Notes under the pieces: model-generated
Database searches by the model: none
What the model saw: only the letters and a program-made list of their open reading frames with translations
What the model was told of the DNA's origin: nothing
Shown: piece by piece, positions 56,562 to 64,000 of the stretch
Numbering within the stretch: the stretch's first letter is position 1
How the letters are laid out: each line of letters starts with the position of its first letter
Program-made: the position numbers and the translations under genes
NCBI GenBank assembly: GCA_009692935.1
Contig: SHYE01000001.1
Coordinates: forward strand, 4,418-68,417
DNA: 64,000 bases
From: Dehalococcoidia bacterium
GTDB lineage: Bacteria > Chloroflexota > Dehalococcoidia > SHYD01
Direction of reading: 5' to 3'

Positions 56562-57893
56562 ATGCTCAATCCTGCAGATAACGCGCTGCTCACCCAGGTG
56601 GGCGCCGCGACCCCCGGTGGGCAGGTGATGCGCCGGTACTGGCTGCCGTTCCTGTTGTCGGGGGAGTTGCCTGCCCCGGATGCCCCGCCGGCACGGATCC
56701 GGCTGCTGGGCGAGGATTTGGTCACGTTTCGAGACTCCACGAGCAAAGTGGCGCTGGTGGCGAATTCCTGTCCGCACCGTGGCGCCAGCCTGTTCTTCGG
56801 CCGCAACGAAGAGAGCGGTCTACGGTGTGTGTACCACGGCTGGAAGTTCGACACAGAAGGTGCCTGCGTCGATATGCCGAACGAGCCCGCAGAGAGCAAC
56901 TTCAAGCATAAGATCCGGCTGACCGCATACCCGTGCGTCGAACGGAACGGCGTAGTGTGGACGTATATGGGCCCGCAGAGTCCTCCGCCAGCATTGCCGT
57001 CCCTGGAATGGAATATGGTGCCCCCGGCGCAGGCCCATGTGACCAAGCGGGTGCAGCGCAACAACTGGTTCCAAGGGCTCGAGGGTGGCATCGATTCCAG
57101 CCATGTCAACTTCATCCATGCGTTGCTCAGTACCGGGGCCAGCCCGGGGCGAACGGCGCAGGGCGGTTTTGGCTACATGGCCAACGACAAGCACCCACGC
57201 TTCGAGACGCTGGACACCGAGGCCGGCACGCTGGTCACCGCCCGCCGCAACGCCGAGGCCGATAGCTATTACTGGCGGGTGAACCACTACCTGTTGCCGT
57301 TTTACACGCTGTTTCCGCCCTCCGGCAAAGACCCGGCTGCCAGTGGTCACGCCTGGGTGCCGATTGATGACGACAGTACCATCGTGTTCCACTGGACCTA
57401 TCATCCGGTGCGACCGCTGGCCGATGCTGAGCTGACGGCCATGCATAATGGCGTCGGCGGGCAGGATGGCTTCCATCCATCTGAGGGCGCAATGCTGCCA
57501 GCCACCAGCGTGCCCTTCGGCGCCTTCTATCCTCGCCAGAATGCGGATAACGACTATCTGCAGAGCCGCGAGGCGCAGCGCACCGAGCGGTTCTCCAGCG
57601 TTGCCGGTGGCTGGGCACAAGATGCCGGGGTGCAGGAAAGCATGGGTACGGTGTGCCCCCGCCCCAACGAGCATCTTGGCACCAGCGATCTGGGTATTAT
57701 CTCGGCTCGGCGCGTGTTCTTGAAGGCCGTGTTGGCATTCCGCGACCGGCGCGAGGAGCCTCCAGCGGTCAACGACCCCGACGCCTGGTTCGTTCGTCCT
57801 GCCGGCGCAGTCCTCCCACGCGATGCGGAATGGGTGCCAGCCATGCGGGAAAGCCTCTTGGCGCGCGCCGGCACACCCTTCGCAGTCGCCTAG
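56562..57893 (+). CDS. Rieske non-heme iron oxygenase alpha subunit, phthalate-dioxygenase family, paralog 4 (close paralog of 420-1739)
   Basis: Trimmed to the ATG at 56562 (MLNPADNALLTQVGAATPGG, GGAGG RBS). CPHRGASLFFGRNEESGLRCVYHGWKFDTEGACVDMPNEPAESNFKHKI is about 85 percent identical to paralog 1 over this stretch. Fe motif EGGIDSSHVNFIH. Confidence 0.9.
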   Translation: MLNPADNALLTQVGAATPGGQVMRRYWLPFLLSGELPAPDAPPARIRLLGEDLVTFRDSTSKVALVANSCPHRGASLFFGRNEESGLRCVYHGWKFDTEGACVDMPNEPAESNFKHKIRLTAYPCVERNGVVWTYMGPQSPPPALPSLEWNMVPPAQAHVTKRVQRNNWFQGLEGGIDSSHVNFIHALLSTGASPGRTAQGGFGYMANDKHPRFETLDTEAGTLVTARRNAEADSYYWRVNHYLLPFYTLFPPSGKDPAASGHAWVPIDDDSTIVFHWTYHPVRPLADAELTAMHNGVGGQDGFHPSEGAMLPATSVPFGAFYPRQNADNDYLQSREAQRTERFSSVAGGWAQDAGVQESMGTVCPRPNEHLGTSDLGIISARRVFLKAVLAFRDRREEPPAVNDPDAWFVRPAGAVLPRDAEWVPAMRESLLARAGTPFAVA

Positions 57894-57914
57894 CCTAACT
57901 GGAGCCTCTTTAAC

Positions 57915-59651
57915 ATGATGTGGAATTCCTGTACCCCTCGGTGGAAACTCGTGCTGACGGCGCCCCTCGTCGCTGTGATGATTGGCTGTGGAACGCAAAC
58001 CAGCCCGGCCAGCCAGGCTCCAGCCGGTAGCGGCGGCGCCGACACCTCGGGCTCGGTGACCCCAAAGGTCCAGAAGGTGGTGCTGGCCATCAGCCCGCCT
58101 TCGGTGGAAGCTAACAACCTTACCGAGGGCGCACACCTGGCCTACTGGCAACTTTCACCCATGTACGAGTTCCTGGTGGGGGTTGAGGCAGAGGGGAAGG
58201 AGATAGTGCCGCAGCTTGCCACCGAGTGGAAGCTTGAGCCGGACGGCAAATCGTGGCGCTTCCAGCTCCGCAAAGGGGTGCAGTTCCAGAAGGGCTTTGG
58301 CGAGTTCCAGGCCTCCGACGTGAAGTACACCTACGACATGCTGATGCGGGCCGAACCACCCTCGGTACAGGGCCAGCAGAGTTACATGAGCTTGCTCAGC
58401 GATGTGGAGGTAGTCGGCGAGTACGAGGTGGTGCTCAGGTCAAAGACGCCGGACGCCGGATTGCTCGGCGCCATCAGCCAGGCCGAGAACATCTTTCCGC
58501 TGGCCAGCCGCAGAGATGGCGAGGGGCGGAATAAGGGCAACAAACTGCCGACCCTGGTCGAGGAGCCCTTTGCCGGCACCGGCCCGTACGCCTACGCAGC
58601 ACGCGAGCAGGGGGTGTCGCTCAAGTACCAGCGAGCGTTTGAGAAGCACTGGCGGCAGACGCCCGATTTTCCCGAACTGGAGTTCCGTCTGGTGAAGGAG
58701 AACTCAACCAAGCTCGCCGCGTTGCTGGCGCGCGAGGTGCAGCTCGCCACGGTGCCACCCGACCTGGCGAGGGCTGCCGAAGCTCAGGGTTTCAAGAGTA
58801 TTGAGGGCAAGGCGCCCGGCCTGCATATCATGGGGGGGTTTTACGGCGTGTGGCTGAACAAGCGTATTGGCGCCCAGGAGCAGTTGAACGCTGATCCTAA
58901 CGCCACCTATGTGTTCCCCAACAGCCCGCTGCTCGACGTTCGGGTTCGCCGTGCGCTGAACAAAGCCATCGACCGTGAGGCCATCAACAAGGCGTTTCTG
59001 CGGGGCAAAGGCACCCCCATTTACAACGAGTACTTCCATCCTGCCCGGCCCGGCTGGAATCCCGAGTGGGAGAAGCGGTTCAAGGACGCCTATGGCTACG
59101 ACCCGGACGCCGCCCGCAAGCTGCTGGCGGAAGCCGGTTATAGTGCGGCGAACCCCTACAGCACCACAATCGAGGTCCAGCCCAACGCGCTGTTCTCGGC
59201 TGCACCGGATGTGTCGGAGGCTATCGGCAACTATTGGCAGGCCGTCGGCGTCAAGGTGACCATGGATACCAGCGATGTGGCGCTTCAGCGCGCCAAGCGG
59301 TCACGGCTGGAGGATATGGAGAACCGGAACTCGGTCATTGTGACCAGCATCCGCCAACTGCTGGGTGTCGGCGTATACAACGACATCGCTCGAGGCACCC
59401 GCGCCGGAGTTCAGTTGCCGGAACTCAAGGAGGTCTACGACCAGATCCTGGTCACGCTCGACCCCAAGAAATCCGACGAGCTATGGCGCAAGTGGGGCGA
59501 CATGGCCTTCGAGCGGCAGGTTAACATGCCCATGTTCTGGATTCCCGCCGAAATTCTGGTAGACCCCAGCGTAGTGCGCGACTACGTGTTCCCCGGTTCC
59601 ATCAGCGGCACCTACACCCACTTCGAGTACATCAAGGCCACGCCGAAGTAG
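57915..59651 (+). CDS. ABC transporter substrate-binding lipoprotein, family 5, orphan (no permease or ATPase adjacent)
   Basis: Signal with lipobox VMIGCG. 578 aa of SBP_bac_5-like length. Confidence 0.8.
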   Translation: MMWNSCTPRWKLVLTAPLVAVMIGCGTQTSPASQAPAGSGGADTSGSVTPKVQKVVLAISPPSVEANNLTEGAHLAYWQLSPMYEFLVGVEAEGKEIVPQLATEWKLEPDGKSWRFQLRKGVQFQKGFGEFQASDVKYTYDMLMRAEPPSVQGQQSYMSLLSDVEVVGEYEVVLRSKTPDAGLLGAISQAENIFPLASRRDGEGRNKGNKLPTLVEEPFAGTGPYAYAAREQGVSLKYQRAFEKHWRQTPDFPELEFRLVKENSTKLAALLAREVQLATVPPDLARAAEAQGFKSIEGKAPGLHIMGGFYGVWLNKRIGAQEQLNADPNATYVFPNSPLLDVRVRRALNKAIDREAINKAFLRGKGTPIYNEYFHPARPGWNPEWEKRFKDAYGYDPDAARKLLAEAGYSAANPYSTTIEVQPNALFSAAPDVSEAIGNYWQAVGVKVTMDTSDVALQRAKRSRLEDMENRNSVIVTSIRQLLGVGVYNDIARGTRAGVQLPELKEVYDQILVTLDPKKSDELWRKWGDMAFERQVNMPMFWIPAEILVDPSVVRDYVFPGSISGTYTHFEYIKATPK

Positions 59652-59712
59652 GAGGGCTTGGGCACGGTGAGGCATTTATGGAGTGGCGAACAAGCGGGCT
59701 TGGCGGCCCGGC

Positions 59713-60584
59713 CTAACCCTCATCCTGCCAACGTTGGCGGCTCAGACGGTAAGTATTCACTGAGGCTATGACCGCCATGAACGCTGTAAATAGCCAGCCG
59801 TCGTCGCCGATGGTGGGCACAGCCCAGAACGGGCCCGCCAAGACCATGGCCCAGTTTATGACGACGCCTAAGACAAACAGGGGACGTAAGCGGGGGGGGG
59901 TACTTGTCATCAAGGCGTCCTTCTAGATTGCTCGAATTACCCTCTGACGAGACATGATGCAGTGCCCATCCGATGGCGCTATCGATGCCAGCATACAGTA
60001 CGAGGGTCCCGCCAATCGGCGGTGAGTATCTGACCTCGATAGACCTTTGAAACAGGATGTGGCGCTCCTTGACCTGTCGAATGTCAGAGGCACGGATTCC
60101 GATGGCGTCCATGTAAGACAGGGCGGACGACCACGCCGCCCGGGTAAACGGTCGCCCGGAGCAAGCCTCTGGATGCACTGAGCGAGCCGATCTGCCCACC
60201 GCAAGCCGCTGAAGCCAGTTCTGGGCCTGAGTTAGTGATTTCCTGAACTGCAAGGTCATTCCCTGGGGCGATGGAACTTCTGAGCAACGCCGGGAACAAC
60301 TCGCCCAATAGCAAGTAGCCCATTGCGACCATGCCAAGTAGGTGGATAGGGAAGATGGTGCTTGTGCGAAAACGACTCCACTCCCATTGGTCCCGACTGA
60401 CTTCAATGTGCTTACCGTGACTTCCTACGAAATAGCGCCCGTCACGCACGTATCCTCCACCCGCATCTCCGCCGAGCTTGGAAGATTCAGCCACGAACCA
60501 GAAAAAGTTTACGGGCGCTAGAACCACCATTACCGTGGCCAAATACGTCAGCAGAGTTCGATGGCGTTCACGGAAGGCTCTCAC
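59713..60584 (-). pseudogene. membrane protein of unknown function split over three frames; one shift lies in a C9 run (59883-59891 on plus strand, G9)
   Basis: ...DDKYPPP in one frame continues as ...RLRPLFVLGVVINWAMVLAGPFWAVP... in another, exactly at the homopolymer. Confidence 0.4.
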
Positions 60585-60762
60585 GTGTCCGACGGTATGC
60601 CTCCGCTAAGATGCCGTCAAGCCCATTGTCTGGTGGGGTTTGACCTCCGCCCCAACCCCTATCCATTGCGCGCCCCACCCTGCGGGCGTATGATCCCGTC
60701 AGTTTGACGCCGCCGAAGCCAGCCACGGCGGTTGGTGCGGCCGCCAGCCCAGGAGGCATCAC

Positions 60763-61446
60763 ATGGCTCTCTCGTATCCCGAACAGCGGCAAGCAATCGT
60801 CGATGGGTCCAACCTCATCATGGACATCGGCGCAATCTCCATGAGCAACCACGGCAACTTCAGCGTGAAGGTCCCCGACCAGGACGCCATCCTCATTACG
60901 GCGGTGGCCAGCCTGAAGAACGTGAAGCCTGACCAGTTGGCCATCATCAGCTTCGACGGCAAGGTGCTCGAAGGCGAGATCTCCCCAACCAGCATGGAGA
61001 TCATCAACATGCACCTGATCATTTACAAGAAGCGGCCCGGCACCGGCGCCGTGGTGCATACCCACGCGCCATTCATCACCGCCTTCGCCTGCGCCCAGAA
61101 GGACCTGGACTGCAGCTACGAGGCGATGGTGCGCGCCGGTATGACCGAGGCCATCCCGGTGGCCGGCTACGGCCCGCGCGGTTCGGACGAGTCGGTGAAG
61201 AATATCGAGAAGGTGATGAACGCTGACACTCCGCTCGGAGCGGTGATGCTGGGTAACCACGGTCTGCTGGCCTGGGGTGCCGACGCCGCATCCGCCGCCC
61301 GCGCCAACAACGTGGTGGAGGAGTCGGCTCAGATCGCGACCTACGCCGCTGCGTTGGGGGGAGCCATCGCCATCCCGGCGGCGATGCGAGGCGTCACCAT
61401 CGCCAGGCGCGATGAGTTCGCCGCCGCCGGCAACGTGCGGGCATAA
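60763..61446 (+). CDS. class II aldolase/adducin-family protein (fuculose-phosphate aldolase-like)
   Basis: 227 aa with metal-binding histidines in the VVHTHAPF context typical of class II aldolases. Confidence 0.8.
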   Translation: MALSYPEQRQAIVDGSNLIMDIGAISMSNHGNFSVKVPDQDAILITAVASLKNVKPDQLAIISFDGKVLEGEISPTSMEIINMHLIIYKKRPGTGAVVHTHAPFITAFACAQKDLDCSYEAMVRAGMTEAIPVAGYGPRGSDESVKNIEKVMNADTPLGAVMLGNHGLLAWGADAASAARANNVVEESAQIATYAAALGGAIAIPAAMRGVTIARRDEFAAAGNVRA

Positions 61447-61472
61447 CCCGAAGCCTGGTTCTTTCTCACAAA

Positions 61473-61528
61473 CTTCTACCCTCCCCTAACCCTTCCCTTG
61501 AAGGGAGGGGTTAGGGGAGGGTAGAAGC
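61473..61528. repeat. REP-like palindrome cttctaccctcccctaaccc-ttcccttgaaggga-ggggttaggggagggtagaagc
   Basis: Outer 19-bp arms nearly identical to the 12825-12912 element. Confidence 0.65.
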
Positions 61529-61580
61529 GTTGTCTGCGACGACATTACGGGGACGTCACCCCCCATCAGGAGACCATCGA

Positions 61581-62531
61581 ATGAAAGCAGTGCAGGTCAC
61601 CGCTCCCGGCAAGTTTGAGTTCATCAACATGCCGGAGCCCACGCTCGAACCGGGCAAGGTGCTGATCCGCCCGCAACTCATCTCCATTTGCGGCAGCGAC
61701 TGGCCGAGTGTGAACCACGGGCGTGACTGGATCCCCTTCCCGCTGAACCCCGGCCAGCCGGGACACGAGGTTGTGGCCGAGGTCGTGGCCAGCGACGTGC
61801 CCGACCTCAAAGTCGGCGACAAGGTGCTTGACATCGGCTACTCCGGCTCGGCCCGGCAGCTCCTGCTACGGAGCCCGCTGGAGGTCATCAAGCTGCCGGC
61901 CTCGCCCACTGCCGAGGAGTTGGTGTGCGCCCAGCCCTTCGGCGTCGTGCTGCGGGCGGTGCAACGCTGGCCCAGCGTGCTCGGCAAGACCTCGGTGGTG
62001 ATTGGCCAGGGGGCCATCGGCCAGTTCTTCACCTTGATGCTGAAGCAGCAGGGCGCCGGGCCCATTATCACCACGGATCTGGAGGCCGGCCGCCTGCTGA
62101 CCAGTCAGAAGATGGGCGCCACCCATACGATCGATGCCAGCAAAACCGATGCGGTGCAGGCGGTGAAGGACCTTACTGGGGGTAAGGGCGCCGACTTTGT
62201 GATTGAGGCAGTGGGCACCGACGCGACTTACAACCAGGTGAAAGACATGGTGCGCATGGAGGGTATGGTGCAGTGCTTCGGCATGCCCAAGGCCCGCACC
62301 AGCGGCCTGTTTCTGTGGGAGCTGATGATGCGCAACCCCACCGTGCTGATGACCCAGCGTGGCAACCGCGAGGACTTCCAGCTCGCCGTCGACATGATCG
62401 GCAACGGCTCGGCCTATGTGAAGCCGCTGCTGACTCACCGGTTCCCCATCACCAAGATTGCCGACGCCTTCGAAATGGCCGAGCACCGCACCGATAACTC
62501 CATCAAGATCGTCATGGAGTGCAACTGGTAG
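61581..62531 (+). CDS. zinc-type MDR alcohol dehydrogenase
   Basis: Trimmed to the ATG at 61581 (MKAVQVTAPGKFEF). ICGSD, GHE motifs and a Rossmann fold GQGAIGQF. Confidence 0.8.
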   Translation: MKAVQVTAPGKFEFINMPEPTLEPGKVLIRPQLISICGSDWPSVNHGRDWIPFPLNPGQPGHEVVAEVVASDVPDLKVGDKVLDIGYSGSARQLLLRSPLEVIKLPASPTAEELVCAQPFGVVLRAVQRWPSVLGKTSVVIGQGAIGQFFTLMLKQQGAGPIITTDLEAGRLLTSQKMGATHTIDASKTDAVQAVKDLTGGKGADFVIEAVGTDATYNQVKDMVRMEGMVQCFGMPKARTSGLFLWELMMRNPTVLMTQRGNREDFQLAVDMIGNGSAYVKPLLTHRFPITKIADAFEMAEHRTDNSIKIVMECNW

Positions 62532-62624
62532 CGCCAAGCCCGCTGCTGCGAGGCCGGCGACGGCAGGCCGGGGGAATCGTGCAACTATCCTCGCGTTTCG
62601 ATTGGGGGGCGCCCCCTCACCCTA

Positions 62625-62647
62625 CCCTCTCCCGCCAGGGGAGAGGG
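62625..62647. repeat. REP-like hairpin ccctctccc-gcca-ggggagaggg
   Basis: Same CCCTCTCCC/GGGAGAGGG core as the other copies. Confidence 0.55.
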
Positions 62648-62690
62648 TTTTCGCGTAGGATATCGCGCCGCAGGCATCTGAGCCCTTTCG

Positions 62691-64000
62691 GTGAGTAGCA
62701 ACGCGCCCGCGGCGACCCCGCCGACACCTCGTCCCGCAACCGGCACGTTCTACGGCTGGTGGATTGTGGCCGCGTTCGCCGGGGTGCTGGCCTTCGTCTC
62801 CACCACACTGGGGTTCGGCGCCGGCCTGCTGGTGGAGCCGGTGCGCGCCGAGTTCGGCTGGAGCGCCTTCGCTGTCGCCGCTGCCTTCTCGCTGCGTACC
62901 GAGGCCGGGGCGGTCATGGCGCCGCTGGCGGGCGCGGTGATCGATCGTTGGGGCTGCCGGTGGGCGCTGGGCGCGGGGTTGGTGTGCATCGCCATCGGCC
63001 TGGTTTTCCTGAGTCAGGCCGGCGACCTGTGGACCTTCTACGCCGCGTTCGTGGTGCTGGCGGTTGGCCAGAGCACTATCGGCGGGCAAGCGGCGTCGGT
63101 CAGCGTGGCCCGCTGGTTCGTGCGCAAGCGCAACCGTGCGCTCGCCATTCTCTGGATGGGGCCGGGGCTCGGCTTCGTCATCATCCCCTTCTTCGGCGCA
63201 TTGATCGCTTGGTTTGGTTGGCGCAATGCTTCCCTGCTGTGGGTGTTGGTGGTCTTCGCCAGCCTGCCGCTGGTGTGGGTGGTGCGCGAGTCGCCCGAGA
63301 AGTACGGCGACCTGCCCGACGGCGACCTGCCCGACGGTGCGCGGGGCGCCGACGGTAAGTCGGCGTTGAGTGTGGCGCAGCAGGCGGCCCGCGCTCGTGG
63401 CGCCAGCATGACCACCGGGCAAGCGTTTCGCAACGGCACCTTTTGGCGGCTGGGCCTGGTGCTGGCGCTCACCAACTTCGCCGCCGCCCCCATCACCCAG
63501 CTCGTCATTCCGTCGCTTACCCGCGAAGGGGTGGATCCAGCGTTGGCTACCTTTGTTGGCAGCGCACTCCCGCTCACCTACGCCATCATGCGGTTTGGGT
63601 TGGCGCAGTGGGGCGATAAGGTGGAGACGCGGAACCTCATGGCCTTCTGCTTCGGCGTCCAGGGCATCGGCATTCTGCTGCTGACCATGGTGTCGGGCGG
63701 TAACGTTGCGCTGCTGGCGCCCTTCTTGCTGCTGTTCGGCATTGGCTTCGGCATTCCTGTGCCCCTGCGAGGCGTGGTGATAGCCGACTATTTCGGCGTG
63801 CAGTCTATGGGCAAGATTCAGGGTATGCTCCAGTTCCTCGCAACCATCGGCGGGGTGCTGGGTCCCATGGTGCAGGGCCTGGCGGCCGATCAGTTTGGCG
63901 GTTACCGCGAGACCTACGTGCTGTTGGCGGTCTGTTCACTGCTGTCGGTGCCGCTCATGCTGAGCCTGCCGCGCACCGGCCATGGCCCCAGGGGCGATAG
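62691..64000 (+). CDS. MFS transporter (oxalate/formate-antiporter-like), 3-prime truncated by window edge
   Basis: GTG at 62691 follows an in-frame TGA at 62679-62681. Continuous hydrophobic polytopic ORF to the window end. Not in the ORF track because no stop lies inside the window. Confidence 0.7.
   Translation, partial: MSSNAPAATPPTPRPATGTFYGWWIVAAFAGVLAFVSTTLGFGAGLLVEPVRAEFGWSAFAVAAAFSLRTEAGAVMAPLAGAVIDRWGCRWALGAGLVCIAIGLVFLSQAGDLWTFYAAFVVLAVGQSTIGGQAASVSVARWFVRKRNRALAILWMGPGLGFVIIPFFGALIAWFGWRNASLLWVLVVFASLPLVWVVRESPEKYGDLPDGDLPDGARGADGKSALSVAQQAARARGASMTTGQAFRNGTFWRLGLVLALTNFAAAPITQLVIPSLTREGVDPALATFVGSALPLTYAIMRFGLAQWGDKVETRNLMAFCFGVQGIGILLLTMVSGGNVALLAPFLLLFGIGFGIPVPLRGVVIADYFGVQSMGKIQGMLQFLATIGGVLGPMVQGLAADQFGGYRETYVLLAVCSLLSVPLMLSLPRTGHGPRGD

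Noticed and set aside
1-64000. CRISPR arrays, rRNA genes, integrase or transposase genes marking a discrete mobile element
   Set aside because: No direct-repeat/spacer periodicity, no rRNA-like conserved blocks and no full-length recombinase ORF were seen. Only an HTH fragment at 22653-23033 hints at past mobile DNA.

Overview
This 64 kb window is high-GC (roughly 65-68 percent), looks like a bacterial chromosome, and is densely coding on both strands. The organism is not identifiable with certainty. F420-type luciferase-like oxidoreductases, a Cdc48-like ATPase, RRM and truncated-hemoglobin genes, and GGAGG ribosome-binding sites suggest Chloroflexota (Thermomicrobia-like) or Actinomycetota. 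No rRNA, tRNA or CRISPR array was found. Recognisable content: (1) Four paralogous phthalate-dioxygenase-family Rieske oxygenase genes (420-1739, 41081-42349, 42462-43727, 56562-57893). They sit among genes suggestive of aromatic-acid catabolism: two LLM/F420-type oxidoreductases, an amidohydrolase_2, a bicupin dioxygenase, RidA, quinone and zinc alcohol dehydrogenases, a class II aldolase, a TRAP transporter, two family-5 solute-binding proteins (SBPs) and two MFS transporters. No reductase or ferredoxin partner is present anywhere in the window. (2) Most of the lower cobalamin pathway in two blocks: cobT-cobS at 26.9-28.8 kb, and cbiA-cbiB-cobD-(broken ORF)-cobC-cbiP-cobU at 47.2-53.8 kb. 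(3) A MoxR-type NorQ/CbbQ ATPase followed by a 1036-aa NorD/CbbO-like vWA protein, with no obvious client gene nearby. (4) A bacterial CDC48/VCP-like double AAA ATPase. (5) At least three type II toxin-antitoxin modules (higBA, gp49-RelE/XRE, hicBA) plus one candidate pair. (6) A tandem cupredoxin/FN3-like duplication, an arylsulfotransferase-like beta-propeller protein and a CSLREA beta-helix protein. Unannotated structure: two families of GC-rich intergenic palindromic repeats, and a 460-bp gene-free GC-rich region. Apparent frameshifts or in-frame stops occur in nine or more accessory genes; several lie in G/C homopolymer runs, which points to either assembly indel errors or genuine gene decay. 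Coordinates of starts are from manual RBS inspection and are approximate for several genes.
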